Assembly (NCBI GenBank): GCA_016285055.1
Contig: JAEEPZ010000010.1
Location: 909 to 64,908 of the forward strand
DNA length: 64,000 nt
Reading direction: 5' to 3'
From: Prevotella sp.
GTDB lineage: Bacteria; Bacteroidota; Bacteroidia; Bacteroidales; Bacteroidaceae
In this document: positions 34,357-44,795 of the stretch, piece by piece
How positions within the stretch are numbered: position 1 is the stretch's first letter
How the letters are laid out: every line of letters begins with the position of its first letter
Notes under the pieces: generated by a model
Databases searched by the model: none
The model's input: only the letters and a program-made list of their open reading frames with translations
Told to the model about the DNA's origin: nothing
Translations under genes and position numbers: made by a program

Positions 34357-35608
34357 CGTCCTGCTGGGATTGCAGTGGGGCGATGAAGGCAAGGGAAAAG
34401 TAGTCGATGTGCTCACTCCCCGTTATGACGTGGTGGCCCGTTTCCAAGGCGGTCCCAATGCTGGGCACACCCTGGAGTTTGAGGGACAGAAATATGTGCT
34501 GCGCAGCATCCCCTCGGGCATCTTCCAGGGCGACAAGGTGAATATCATCGGCAACGGTGTGGTGCTGGCGCCCGACCTCTTCATGGACGAGGCCAAAGCG
34601 CTGGAACAGAGCGGTCATCCGCTGAAGGAGCGTCTGCACATTTCAAAGAAGGCGCATCTCATCATGCCCACCCACCGTGTGCTCGACGCCGCCTACGAGG
34701 CGCAGAAGGGTAAGAACAAGGTGGGCACGACGGGCAAGGGCATCGGCCCCACCTATACCGACAAGGTGAGCCGCACGGGCTTGCGCGTGGGTGACATCCT
34801 CGAGCATTTCGAAGAGAAATATGCGGCTGCAAAGGCTCGCCACGAGGCTATTCTGAAGTCGCTCAACTTCGAATACGACATCACGGAGGTAGAGAAGAAA
34901 TGGCTGGAGGGCGTAGAGTACCTGCGCCAGTTCCCCATCATCGACAGCGAGCACGAAATCAACGGCCTGCTGCGTGAGGGCAAGAGCCTGCTGTGCGAGG
35001 GAGCCCAGGGCACCATGCTCGACGTGGACTTTGGCAGCTATCCTTTTGTCACCTCTTCGAATACCATCTGCGCCGGGGCCTGCACAGGTCTGGGCATCGG
35101 CCCCAACAGGATAGGCGAGGTCTACGGCATTATGAAGGCTTACTGCACCCGTGTGGGTGCCGGCCCCTTCCCCACAGAGCTGTTCGACGAGACGGGCAAG
35201 AAGATACGCGACCTCGGTCACGAGTACGGTGCCGTCACCGGTCGCGAGCGCCGCTGCGGATGGATTGACCTGGTGGCCCTGCGCTACAGCATCATGGTGA
35301 ACGGCGTGACGCAGCTCATCATGATGAAGAGCGACGTGCTCGACGGTTTCGACACCATCAAGGCGTGCGTGGCCTACAAGCAAAACGGTCAGGAAATCAA
35401 TTACTTCCCATATAACATTGAAGAAGGAATTGAACCCATCTATCAGGAGCTGCCCGGCTGGAAGACGGACATGACGCACTTCACTACCGAGGATCAGTTC
35501 CCGCAGCAGTTCAAGGACTACATCGCTTTCCTTGAGAAAGAGCTTGAGACACCCATCAAGATTATCTCCATCGGCCCAGACCGCGAGCAGACCATCATAA
35601 GGAAGTAG
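34334..35608 (+). CDS. purA: Adenylosuccinate synthetase
   Basis: QWGDEGKGK, GGPNAGHT, GIGPTY, TGRERRCGW; likely start 34334/34337. Confidence 0.97.
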   Translation: MMNKGKVDVLLGLQWGDEGKGKVVDVLTPRYDVVARFQGGPNAGHTLEFEGQKYVLRSIPSGIFQGDKVNIIGNGVVLAPDLFMDEAKALEQSGHPLKERLHISKKAHLIMPTHRVLDAAYEAQKGKNKVGTTGKGIGPTYTDKVSRTGLRVGDILEHFEEKYAAAKARHEAILKSLNFEYDITEVEKKWLEGVEYLRQFPIIDSEHEINGLLREGKSLLCEGAQGTMLDVDFGSYPFVTSSNTICAGACTGLGIGPNRIGEVYGIMKAYCTRVGAGPFPTELFDETGKKIRDLGHEYGAVTGRERRCGWIDLVALRYSIMVNGVTQLIMMKSDVLDGFDTIKACVAYKQNGQEINYFPYNIEEGIEPIYQELPGWKTDMTHFTTEDQFPQQFKDYIAFLEKELETPIKIISIGPDREQTIIRK

Positions 35609-35617
35609 CTTATAAGT

Positions 35618-35678
35618 GTACAGAGGCTTTGTACACTCTGTACATGGCCTCTGTACACACTGTACATAGGCTATGTAC
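35618..35678. repeat. 22-bp-period array of three 17-bp palindromes (gtaca-N7-tgtac)
   Basis: Units at 35618, 35640, 35662; spacers actct, acact. Confidence 0.85.
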
Positions 35679-35701
35679 ACTTTTAATTGACTTTAACAGA
35701 A

Positions 35702-37120
35702 ATGAAACCAAGTATCCCCAAAGGAACACGCGACTTCGGCCCGATGGAAATGGCCAAGCGCAACTACATACTGAACACCATCCGCGAGGTCTACGAGCTC
35801 TACGGATTCCAGCAGATTGAGACGCCTGCCATGGAGACGCTGCAGACGCTGATGGGCAAATATGGCGAGGAGGGCGACAAGCTGCTCTTCAAGGTGCTCA
35901 ACTCTGGCGACTGCCTGGCCAAGGTCAGCGACGAGGAGCTGCAAGAGCGCAACGCTCTGCACTTAGCATCGAAGATGTGCGAGAAAGGCCTGCGCTACGA
36001 CCTCACCGTGCCTTTCGCCCGCTATGTAGTGATGCACCGCGAAGAGCTGCAGCTGCCGTTCAAGCGCTATCAGGTGCAGCCCGTGTGGCGTGCCGACCGT
36101 CCGCAGAAAGGACGCTACCGCGAGTTCTACCAGTTTGATGGCGATGTGGTGGGCAGCGACTCACTGCTCAATGAGGTGGAGCTGACGCAAATCCTCGACA
36201 CCGTTTTCACGCGCTTGGGCGTGCGCGTACAGATAAAGATTAATAACCGCAAGATACTGTCGGGCATTGCCGAGGTCATCGGTGCTGCTGATAAGATTGT
36301 GGACATCACCGTAGCCATTGACAAACTCGACAAGATAGGCATCGACAACGTTAATGCAGAACTTCGCAACAATGGACTTACCGAAGAGCAAATCAGTAAG
36401 TTACAGCCCATCATCCTGCTTGAAGGCTCTAACGAGGAGAAGCTCAACACCATAGCCGAAGTGCTGAAGGACAGCCAGACGGGCATGAAGGGTGTGGAGG
36501 AGACGAGGACCATCCTTCGGTTGCTGAGTAATGAGAGTTTGGAGGCAGGTGACGCTGACGCTGCAACAGGACAAACGTCACTTCACACTCAACACTTAAC
36601 ACTCAACAACGAACTGCAGCTCGACCTCACCCTGGCCCGCGGCCTGAACTACTACACCGGCGCCATCTTCGAAGTGAAGGCCCTCGACACGCCTATGGGC
36701 AGCATCTCGGGTGGTGGACGCTACGACAACCTGACGGGCATTTTCGGCATGCCGGGACTCTCGGGCGTGGGCATCAGCTTCGGCGTGGACCGCATCTACG
36801 ATGTCCTCGACGCCTTAGACCTCTACCCCAAGGACTCACTGCAGACCAGCCGCGTGCTCTTCATCAACTTTGGCGAGAAAGAGGCCGCCTACTGCCTGCC
36901 CATCATCGCCCAGGTGCGCCAAGCCGGCATCCGCTCAGAGATGTTCCCCGACGCAGCAAAGATGAAGAAGCAGATGGCTTACGCCAATGCGAAGCACATC
37001 CCCTTCGTCGTACTGGCAGGCGACAGCGAGATGGCCGAAGGCAAGGTGACGCTGAAGGATATGGAGACGGGGACGCAGACGCTGCTCACCCCTAAAGAAC
37101 TGATTAACGCCCTGTCATAA
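35702..37120 (+). CDS. hisS: Histidine--tRNA ligase
   Basis: [39 protein letters not shown]; likely ATG 35702. Confidence 0.97.
   Translation: MKPSIPKGTRDFGPMEMAKRNYILNTIREVYELYGFQQIETPAMETLQTLMGKYGEEGDKLLFKVLNSGDCLAKVSDEELQERNALHLASKMCEKGLRYDLTVPFARYVVMHREELQLPFKRYQVQPVWRADRPQKGRYREFYQFDGDVVGSDSLLNEVELTQILDTVFTRLGVRVQIKINNRKILSGIAEVIGAADKIVDITVAIDKLDKIGIDNVNAELRNNGLTEEQISKLQPIILLEGSNEEKLNTIAEVLKDSQTGMKGVEETRTILRLLSNESLEAGDADAATGQTSLHTQHLTLNNELQLDLTLARGLNYYTGAIFEVKALDTPMGSISGGGRYDNLTGIFGMPGLSGVGISFGVDRIYDVLDALDLYPKDSLQTSRVLFINFGEKEAAYCLPIIAQVRQAGIRSEMFPDAAKMKKQMAYANAKHIPFVVLAGDSEMAEGKVTLKDMETGTQTLLTPKELINALS
36525..36607. repeat. Heptamer-armed hairpin element in frame within hisS
   Basis: tgagtaa tgagagt ... 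gtgacg/cgtcac core ... cttcaca ctcaaca cttaaca ctcaaca. Confidence 0.6.
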
Positions 37121-37176
37121 CCCACAAAAGCCAACCTACAATCAACACTCAACAGTCAACAAAAGAGGTTTACAAG

Positions 37177-38064
37177 GTGACGCTGGTGGGCGGCGCAGTC
37201 AATGTGCTGTTGCTGCTCTTCAAGTTCGTGGCCGGCATCGTGGGGCATAGCGCCGCGATGGTGGCTGACGCTGTCCACTCACTCAGCGACTTCGTCACCG
37301 ACATCATCGTGCTGGTGTTTGTCCGTCTGAGTGCCATGCCTAAGGACAAGACACACGACTACGGACATGGCAAGTACGAGACGTTGGCCATGACCATCAT
37401 CGGTCTGGCTCTTCTGGGCGTGGCCGTGGGCATTGTCTACAGTGGTGTGGTAAAAATCATCGCGTGGGCCAACGGCGAAGAGCTGACAGCCCCCGGACTG
37501 CTGGCTCTCTGGGCAGCACTGCTGTCCATCGTGCTGAAGGAAGGCGTCTACCGCTACTCCATGCGCAAGGCACATCAGCTGCAGTCACAGGCTCTGGAGG
37601 CCAACGCGTGGCATCACCGCAGCGATGCCCTGTCGTCGATAGGCACGGCGGCAGGCATCGGCGGAGCCATCCTCCTCGGACAGCGCTGGACGGTGCTCGA
37701 CCCCATCGCCTCGGTCATTGTGGGCATCTTCATCGTGAAGGTGGCCGTCGACCTGTTGCGCGGCGGCATCGGCGACCTCATGGAACAGTCGCTGCCCGAC
37801 GACGTGGAGCAGGAGATATTGTCGCTGGTGGCCTCGCTGACAGGCATACAAAATCCGCATAACCTGCGCACACGACGCATCGGCAACCATTATGCCATTG
37901 AGCTGCACATCCGCATGGACGGCGACATCAGCTTGCGCCAGGCACATGACAAGGCATCGGAGGTGGAACATCTGCTGAAAGAGCACTACGGCAAACTGAC
38001 TCATGTGGCCGTTCATGTGGAGCCAAGCCAAAAAGAAGAAAAAACGACAAACAAATCAGGCTAA
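37177..38064 (+). CDS. Cation diffusion facilitator family transporter (FieF-like)
   Basis: ADAVHSLSD, H.YGHGKYE, HHRSDA, VHVEP; start codon uncertain. Confidence 0.9.
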   Translation: MTLVGGAVNVLLLLFKFVAGIVGHSAAMVADAVHSLSDFVTDIIVLVFVRLSAMPKDKTHDYGHGKYETLAMTIIGLALLGVAVGIVYSGVVKIIAWANGEELTAPGLLALWAALLSIVLKEGVYRYSMRKAHQLQSQALEANAWHHRSDALSSIGTAAGIGGAILLGQRWTVLDPIASVIVGIFIVKVAVDLLRGGIGDLMEQSLPDDVEQEILSLVASLTGIQNPHNLRTRRIGNHYAIELHIRMDGDISLRQAHDKASEVEHLLKEHYGKLTHVAVHVEPSQKEEKTTNKSG

Positions 38065-38067
38065 TTG

Positions 38068-38099
38068 TTTGGATATTTGCGGAAAATGAACTACCTTTG
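38068..38099 (+). promoter_or_regulatory. Sigma-A promoter for araB
   Basis: TTTG-N20-TACCTTTG. Confidence 0.7.
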
Positions 38100-38149
38100 C
38101 CAACAAATTACTTTAAAACCGAAATTATAAATTGTCAAATCCTTCACTT

Positions 38150-39739
38150 ATGACAGCAAAACAAACCATCGAGGCCGGAAAGGCCATCCTCGGAATCGAA
38201 TTTGGTTCCACCCGCATCAAGGCCGTACTCATCGACCAGGAGAACAAACCCATCGCACAAGGCTCGCACGAGTGGGAGAACCAGCTCGTCGACGGACTGT
38301 GGACCTACAGTGTTGAGGCCATCTGGTATGGCCTGCAGGACTGCTATGCCGACCTGCGCAGAGACGTGATGAAGCAGTATGACTGCGAAATCGAAGCTTT
38401 GGCTGCCATCGGCTTCTCAGCCATGATGCACGGCTACATGGCCTTCAACGAGAAACAGGAGATTCTGGTGCCCTTCCGCACATGGCGCAACACCAACACG
38501 GGCCAGGCCGCTGCTGCACTCTCGGAGCTGTTCAATTACAACATCCCCCTGCGCTGGAGCATCAGCCACCTCTACCAGTGCATCCTGGACAACAACGAGC
38601 ACGTGGCTGACATCAAGTACCTCACCACCCTGGCCGGCTATGTTCACTGGCAGGTGACAGGCCAGTTCGTACTGGGCGTGGGCGATGCCTCGGGCATGAT
38701 TCCCGTCGATCCCGCCACGAAGACCTACGACGCCACGATGGTGGAGAAGTTCGACAAGCTCATCGAGCCAAAGGGCTATGACTGGAAGCTGCTCGACATC
38801 CTGCCCAAGTCGCTCAATGCTGGCGAGAACGCCGGTTTCCTCACTCCCGAGGGTGCCAAGAAGCTCGATGTCAGCGGTCATCTGAAGCCCGGCATTCCCG
38901 TCTGTCCTCCCGAGGGCGACGCCGGCACGGGCATGGTGGCCACCAACGCTGTGAAGCAGCGCACGGGCAACGTCTCGGCAGGCACATCGTCGTTCTCGAT
39001 GATTGTTCTGGAGAAACCGCTGAGCAAGCCCTACGAGATGATAGACATGGTGACGACGCCCGACGGAAGCCTCGTGGCCATGGTGCACTGCAACAACTGC
39101 ACCAGCGACATCAATGCCTGGGTGGGACTCTTCAAGGAGTACCAGCAGCTGTTGGGCGTGCCTGTGGACATGAACGAGATCTACGGCAAGCTGTTCAACA
39201 AAGCCCTCGAGGGCGATACCGACTGCGGCGGACTGATGGCTTACAACTATGTGTCGGGCGAGCCTGTCACCGGCCTGGCAGAAGGACGCCCGATGTTCGT
39301 GCGCTCAGCCAACGACAAGTTCAACCTCGCTAACTTCATGCGTGCCCACCTCTATGGCGCCATCGGCGTGTTGAAGATTGGCAACGACATCCTGTTCAAG
39401 GACGAGAAGATTAGCGTGGACCGCATTACTGGCCACGGCGGATACTTCAAGACGCCAGGCGTGGGTCAGCGCATGCTCGCTGCTGCCCTCAACAGCCCCA
39501 TCAGCGTGATGGAGACCGCAGGCGAAGGCGGTGCATGGGGCATCGCCCTGCTGGCCGGCTACGCAGTGAACAATCCTGACAAGCTCTCGCTGGCCGACTA
39601 CTTAGAGAATGTTGTCTTTGCCGGCAACACGGGCGTCAGCATCGCTCCCACCGCTGAGGACGTGGCTGGATTCGAGCGTTACATCGCCAACTACAAGAAG
39701 TGTCTGCCCATTGAGCAGGCCGCTGTAGACAACAAGTAA
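38150..39739 (+). CDS. araB: FGGY-family sugar kinase, Bacteroides-type L-ribulokinase
   Basis: GIEFGSTRIKA, SAMMHGY, PEGDAGTG, SAGTS, GEGGAWG; near ara operon; likely ATG 38150. Confidence 0.8.
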   Translation: MTAKQTIEAGKAILGIEFGSTRIKAVLIDQENKPIAQGSHEWENQLVDGLWTYSVEAIWYGLQDCYADLRRDVMKQYDCEIEALAAIGFSAMMHGYMAFNEKQEILVPFRTWRNTNTGQAAAALSELFNYNIPLRWSISHLYQCILDNNEHVADIKYLTTLAGYVHWQVTGQFVLGVGDASGMIPVDPATKTYDATMVEKFDKLIEPKGYDWKLLDILPKSLNAGENAGFLTPEGAKKLDVSGHLKPGIPVCPPEGDAGTGMVATNAVKQRTGNVSAGTSSFSMIVLEKPLSKPYEMIDMVTTPDGSLVAMVHCNNCTSDINAWVGLFKEYQQLLGVPVDMNEIYGKLFNKALEGDTDCGGLMAYNYVSGEPVTGLAEGRPMFVRSANDKFNLANFMRAHLYGAIGVLKIGNDILFKDEKISVDRITGHGGYFKTPGVGQRMLAAALNSPISVMETAGEGGAWGIALLAGYAVNNPDKLSLADYLENVVFAGNTGVSIAPTAEDVAGFERYIANYKKCLPIEQAAVDNK

Positions 39740-39762
39740 AGTCAACCAGTGGTTGAACTGCC

Positions 39763-39811
39763 TGAAGGGGCGACAGAAATGCTGTGCATGTTCTGTCGCC
39801 CCTTCATTTTT
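39763..39811 (+). terminator. Intrinsic terminator after araB
   Basis: 16-bp perfect stem tgaaggggcgacagaa/ttctgtcgccccttca plus ttttt. Confidence 0.85.
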
Positions 39812-40044
39812 AGCTCTGCCGACCATTGGCACAGCCATTATGTAGGCAATTACGAGGAGGGAGCAATTGGGAGTCAGATATTTTCAAAGCCGCGAAAAAA
39901 CACACAGGCCACAGCATGAGTCATTTTTTTTGTGAGATTTTCAAGAAAAAATGCCGCTGTTTCGTTTTTTATTGTTACTTTTGTAGGCTTAAATTGCCTT
40001 AATAGGCGATTTTAACAGAAAAGGAATCATCAACAAACAGCATA

Positions 40045-41766
40045 ATGAACTCTAAATGGAACTATCAACCACCCTCACCCGAGCGACAACAGCAGGCTAA
40101 GGAGCTGGCCGAAAAGCTGAATACCAGCACTGTGATGGCCGGTCTGCTCATAGAGCGCGGCATACGCACCGAGTCGGCTGCCAAGCGCTTCTTGCGCCCA
40201 TTGCTCAGCGAGCTCATCGACCCGTTCCTGATGAACGACATGGACATTGCCGTAGACCGGCTCAACGATGCCATGGGCCGCAAAGAGCGTATCATGGTGT
40301 ATGGCGACTACGACGTCGACGGCTGTACAGCTGTGGCACTGGTCTACCGCTTCCTGCAGCAGTTCTACTCGAACATCGAGTATTACATTCCCTCGCGCTA
40401 CGAAGAGGGCTACGGCATCAGCCAGAAAGGGCTGGAGCACGCACAGGAGGCCGGCGTGAAACTCATTATCGTGCTCGACTGCGGCATCAAGGCCATCGAC
40501 GAGATACGTCAGGCCAAGGAGATGGGCATCGACTTCATCATCTGCGACCATCATGTGCCCGACGACGAGATGCCCTGCGCCGTGGCCATCCTCAACCCCA
40601 AGCGCAACGACAGCACCTATCCCTTCAAGGACCTCTGCGGTTGCGGCGTGGGCTTTAAGTTCATGCAGGCCTTTGCCAAGAACAACGGCATCCCCTTCTC
40701 GCAGCTCATTCCCCTACTCGACTTCTGTGCCGTCAGCATCGCGGCCGACATGGTGTCGGTGATGGGCGAGAACCGCATCCTGGCCTTCCATGGGCTGAAG
40801 CAGCTCAACCAAAGTCCTTCCACGGGTCTGAAAGCCATCATCGAAATCAGCGGACTGTCCGGACGCGACATCAACATGAGCGACATCGTGTTCAAGATTG
40901 GCCCGCGCATCAATGCCAGCGGCAGGGTGATGAACGGCACGGAAACCGTCGACCTGCTGGTGGAGCGCGACTACAAGCGTGCCTTGCAAGAAGCCATCCA
41001 CATCAACGAGTACAACGAGCAGCGCAAGGACATCGACAAGCAGATGAGCGAAGAAGCCAACCAGATTGTGGAGCGTCTGGAGAGCCAGGAGCACCAGCCC
41101 GCCATCGTGCTTTACAGCGAAGGATGGAAAAAAGGCGTAGTGGGCATCGTGGCGTCAAGGCTCACGGAGATGTACTACCGTCCCACTGTTGTCCTGTCGT
41201 GTCAGGACGGCATAGCCACCGGCTCGGCCCGCTCGGTGGCTGGCTACGACATCTACAGCGCCATCAAGAGCTGCCGCGACCTGTTGGAGAATTTCGGCGG
41301 CCATACCTACGCCGTGGGCCTGACGCTGAAGACGGAGAACATACCTGAGTTCCGCCGCCGCTTCCAGGACTATGTCAGCAATCACATCATGCCCGAGCAG
41401 ACCGAGGCCGCCATGGAGATAGAGGTGCAGCTGGACTTCAAGGACATCACGAAGAAACTGCACAACGACTTGAAGAAACTGGCGCCACACGGTCCCGACA
41501 ACCCCAAGCCGTTGTTCTGCACACGCAATGTCTATGACTACGGCACATCAAAAGTAGTGGGCCGACAGCAGGAGCATATCAAGCTCGAGCTTGTCGACTC
41601 ACACTCCAGCAATGTGATGAACGGCATCGCCTTCGGGCAGAGTGCTGCTGCACGCTACATCAAGTCGAAGCGCTCATTCGACATTATCTATACCATTGAG
41701 GAGAATATCTACAAGCGCAGCGAAGTGCAGTTGCAGATAGAAGACATCAAACCTTCAGGCGAATAG
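40045..41766 (+). CDS. recJ: ssDNA-specific exonuclease RecJ
   Basis: GDYDVDG, DCG, DHH, GSARS, GGH motifs; TACTTTTG at 39976. Confidence 0.96.
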   Translation: MNSKWNYQPPSPERQQQAKELAEKLNTSTVMAGLLIERGIRTESAAKRFLRPLLSELIDPFLMNDMDIAVDRLNDAMGRKERIMVYGDYDVDGCTAVALVYRFLQQFYSNIEYYIPSRYEEGYGISQKGLEHAQEAGVKLIIVLDCGIKAIDEIRQAKEMGIDFIICDHHVPDDEMPCAVAILNPKRNDSTYPFKDLCGCGVGFKFMQAFAKNNGIPFSQLIPLLDFCAVSIAADMVSVMGENRILAFHGLKQLNQSPSTGLKAIIEISGLSGRDINMSDIVFKIGPRINASGRVMNGTETVDLLVERDYKRALQEAIHINEYNEQRKDIDKQMSEEANQIVERLESQEHQPAIVLYSEGWKKGVVGIVASRLTEMYYRPTVVLSCQDGIATGSARSVAGYDIYSAIKSCRDLLENFGGHTYAVGLTLKTENIPEFRRRFQDYVSNHIMPEQTEAAMEIEVQLDFKDITKKLHNDLKKLAPHGPDNPKPLFCTRNVYDYGTSKVVGRQQEHIKLELVDSHSSNVMNGIAFGQSAAARYIKSKRSFDIIYTIEENIYKRSEVQLQIEDIKPSGE

Positions 41767-42369
41767 TTAATCGAGTCCGAAGAAGGTGCGCAAGCCGCCG
41801 TCGACGCCCGAAAAGCCCATGAAAGCGAGGCTGAGCAGACCAGCGCTGACCAATACGATAGCCATGCCACGCATGCCCTTGGGAATATTGGTCAGCTCTA
41901 ATTGTTCACGCATACCGGCGAAGACCGTCAGGGCGAGGCCAAAGCCGATGGCGGTACTGAAGGCGTACATCACCGACTGAGCCAGGTTGAAGTCTTTCTG
42001 TATGACAAGGATGGCCACGCCTAAAACGGCGCAGTTGGTGGTGATGAGCGGCAGGAAGATGCCCAGTGCCTGATAGAGGGCGGGCGACACCTTCTTGAGA
42101 ATAATCTCCACCATCTGTACCAACGAGGCAATGACGAGGATGAAGGCAATGGTCTGCAGATACTCCAGCCCGTTGGGGACAAGCACGAAGGTCTGCACAA
42201 GCCATGTCACGACAGTGGCCAGCACCATGACAAAGGCTACGGCAGCAGACATGCCTAACGATGTATCAATCTTTTTCGATACGCCGAGGAACGGGCAGAT
42301 GCCCAGGAACTGCGCCAGAACAATATTGTTGACGAAGATGGCGCTGATGAAAATCAATATATATTCCAT
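41767..42369 (-). CDS. rnfA: Rnf complex subunit A
   Basis: FLGICPFLG, LPLITTNCAVLG. Confidence 0.93.
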   Translation of the reverse strand: MEYILIFISAIFVNNIVLAQFLGICPFLGVSKKIDTSLGMSAAVAFVMVLATVVTWLVQTFVLVPNGLEYLQTIAFILVIASLVQMVEIILKKVSPALYQALGIFLPLITTNCAVLGVAILVIQKDFNLAQSVMYAFSTAIGFGLALTVFAGMREQLELTNIPKGMRGMAIVLVSAGLLSLAFMGFSGVDGGLRTFFGLD

Positions 42370-42412
42370 AGTTTTTTCTTGTTTTTCGTTATAACGTTAT
42401 CACGTGATGACG

Positions 42413-43003
42413 TTATTTAGAGTCCTGACGAAGCTTGTTGACAATGGCAATGAGGAATCCCAGCGTGATGAAGGCTCCCGGAGGGAGGATGAAGAGCAGG
42501 ATGTTGTAGGTCTCGGGCAGCAGCGTGAATCCGAAGACAGAGCCGGCGCCGAGCAGTTCACGGACAATGCCGAGGAGCGTCAGGGCCAGCGTGAAACCCA
42601 GTCCGATGCCGATGCCGTCGAAGAGCGAAGCCACAGGGCTGTTCTTGGCAGCGAAGGCTTCGGCACGTCCCAGGATGATGCAGTTCACCACGATGAGGGG
42701 GATGAAGAGGCCCAGCGCCTTGTCCACATCGGGCAGGAAAGCCTTGATGACCAGCTGCAGGATGGTGACAAAGGCAGCGATGACCACGATGAACACGGGG
42801 ATGCGCACCTTGTCGGGCGTGACGCTCTTCAGCAGCGAGATGACAACATTGGTGCAGATGAGCACCACCATCGTGGCCAAGCCCATCGACAGGCCGTTGA
42901 TGGCCGATGTTGTGGTGGCCAGCGTGGGACACATGCCCAGCATCAGGACAAACGTGGGGTTGTCCTTGACGATGCCGTTCTTGACTATTGAGATATAATT
43001 CAT
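42413..43003 (-). CDS. rnfE: Rnf complex subunit E
   Basis: LGMCPTLA, IPLIVVNCIILGRAE, PPGAF. Confidence 0.93.
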   Translation of the reverse strand: MNYISIVKNGIVKDNPTFVLMLGMCPTLATTTSAINGLSMGLATMVVLICTNVVISLLKSVTPDKVRIPVFIVVIAAFVTILQLVIKAFLPDVDKALGLFIPLIVVNCIILGRAEAFAAKNSPVASLFDGIGIGLGFTLALTLLGIVRELLGAGSVFGFTLLPETYNILLFILPPGAFITLGFLIAIVNKLRQDSK

Positions 43004-43014
43004 GATTTTTTTTC

Positions 43015-43199
43015 CGTTATTGCGTTATTGCGTTGTTGCGTTTTTTACGTTATATCGTTATTACGTTATTACGTTATTACGTTATTACGTTGTTACGTTA
43101 TTACGTTGTTACGTTATTACGTTATTACGTTGTTACGTTATTACGTTATTACGTTATATCGTTATTACGTTATTACGTTATATCGTTACGTCGTTATGA
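43015..43199. repeat. 8-bp satellite cgtt(a/g)tta, 23 units, between rnfG and rnfE
   Basis: Counted directly; a degenerate 3-4 unit copy lies at ~42387-42416. Confidence 0.95.
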
Positions 43200-43218
43200 G
43201 GAGATGTGGCAATGAAGA

Positions 43219-43785
43219 TTACTTCCCGGCCTTGTAGGCATTGTAGGCGTTGGTCACAGCCAGCAGGAAGGCCCGGCTGGTGATGGTAGATGCGGTGATG
43301 GCATCCACCTGGCCTCCGTCCTTGCTGACGGTGAGTCCCCCGGCGGGGTTCAAGCCGATGATGTCGCCTTTCTGTCCCTTCTGGAACCACTGGTCGGCTT
43401 TGGCTCCCAGGCCTGGCGTCTCCTGATGCTCCAAGAGTGTGTAGCCAAGGATGTTGCCGTCGGTGTCGAAGCCGACAAGCACCTTCAGTTCACCGCCGAA
43501 GCCCATCGTAGAGCTCTGCACAGCGGCGCCCTTCTCATTATTATATATAATGTAAACCTGCTCTTTGCCCTTGGCATCGGTCATCTTGACTGTGTCTATC
43601 TGGCTAACGGTCAGGTTGTCGGCCTGCATCACAGTCTTGATGCCGTTTTCCAAGGCCATCTTCTTCTGCTCCTCGATGGGTGCAGCGGTGACATGGTTGA
43701 CAAAGGCCAGCACACCGCCCATGATGACAGCAATGCATGTCAGCACAAGCACCATATTCAGCAATGATGATTCTAACTTCTTCAT
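43219..43785 (-). CDS. rnfG: Rnf complex subunit G
   Basis: GFGG, ETPGLG, DAITASTITS FMN-binding motif. Confidence 0.92.
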   Translation of the reverse strand: MKKLESSLLNMVLVLTCIAVIMGGVLAFVNHVTAAPIEEQKKMALENGIKTVMQADNLTVSQIDTVKMTDAKGKEQVYIIYNNEKGAAVQSSTMGFGGELKVLVGFDTDGNILGYTLLEHQETPGLGAKADQWFQKGQKGDIIGLNPAGGLTVSKDGGQVDAITASTITSRAFLLAVTNAYNAYKAGK

Positions 43786-43791
43786 GGTCTT

Positions 43792-44790
43792 TTACTGTTT
43801 AGCAGGCACTTCGCCGAAGCGCTTGGGTTTGACATAGTTGTTGATGAGTGGTGTGAAGGCGTTCATGATGAGGATGGCAAACGACATGCCCTCGGGATAG
43901 CTGCCCCAGTTGCGGATGATGATGGTGAGCAGGCCGATGCACACGCCGTAGATGATTTGTCCCTTCGGGGTCATGGGCGACGTCACATAGTCGGTAGCCA
44001 TGAAAATAGCGCCCAACATCAAGCCGCCGCTGAGGATGACAGCCACAGGATTGGCATAGATAGGATCAGCCAGATGCATGATGGCGCTGAACACGAACAC
44101 CGTGCCGATAATGCTCACCGGGATATGCCAGGTGATGATTTTCTTCCACAGCATGAAGGCCAAGCCTAAGAGCAATGCCAAGGCACAGACCTCGCCCAGG
44201 GCTCCTGCGCCATATCCTACCGAGGGGTCGCCCAGCAGCATGTGTAACGAGTCTGGCAGACGGTCAAGCACAGAAGCATCGCCCGTCTTGATGGCTTCTT
44301 TCATCACGCTGAGCGGCGTGGCGCCCGTGGTGGCATCGGTGTAGGAGAGGAGCTGCCCCGTCTCCGGCCAGCTGGTCATCTGCGCGGGGAAGGCCACCAG
44401 CAAGGCACAGCGGCCTACAAGTGCGGGATTGAAGATGTTGTTGCCCAGACCGCCAAAGGTCATCTTGGCCACGCCGATGGCGAAGAGGGCGCCAATGATG
44501 ATGATCCAGATAGGCAGGTTCGACGGCAGGTTCATGCCCAAGAGCAAACCTGTCAAAGCGGCCGAACAGTCGGTGATGGTGGTGCGCGGGTTCTTCAGGA
44601 TGTATTTGTTGATGACCCACTCAAAGAAGACACAGGCAGCGACGCTGCTGAGGCAGACGATGACCGAGCCGATGCCGAAGTAGAAGAACGACACCAGCAG
44701 CGCCGGCAGCAGGGCGATGATGACGCCTCGCATGTTGCGCTCCACCGAATCGGTGCCGTGGGTGTGGGGGGAAAGTGATACGATAAGCAT
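43792..44790 (-). CDS. rnfD: Rnf complex subunit D
   Basis: FGGLGNNIFNPA, TGATPL, FMATDYVTSP, YPEG. Confidence 0.93.
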   Translation of the reverse strand: MLIVSLSPHTHGTDSVERNMRGVIIALLPALLVSFFYFGIGSVIVCLSSVAACVFFEWVINKYILKNPRTTITDCSAALTGLLLGMNLPSNLPIWIIIIGALFAIGVAKMTFGGLGNNIFNPALVGRCALLVAFPAQMTSWPETGQLLSYTDATTGATPLSVMKEAIKTGDASVLDRLPDSLHMLLGDPSVGYGAGALGEVCALALLLGLAFMLWKKIITWHIPVSIIGTVFVFSAIMHLADPIYANPVAVILSGGLMLGAIFMATDYVTSPMTPKGQIIYGVCIGLLTIIIRNWGSYPEGMSFAILIMNAFTPLINNYVKPKRFGEVPAKQ

Positions 44791-44795
44791 TTTCT

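Noticed and set aside
43002-43237. Small ORFs with YVITLLR repeats
   Set aside because: Translations of the 8-bp satellite in three frames, not plausible proteins
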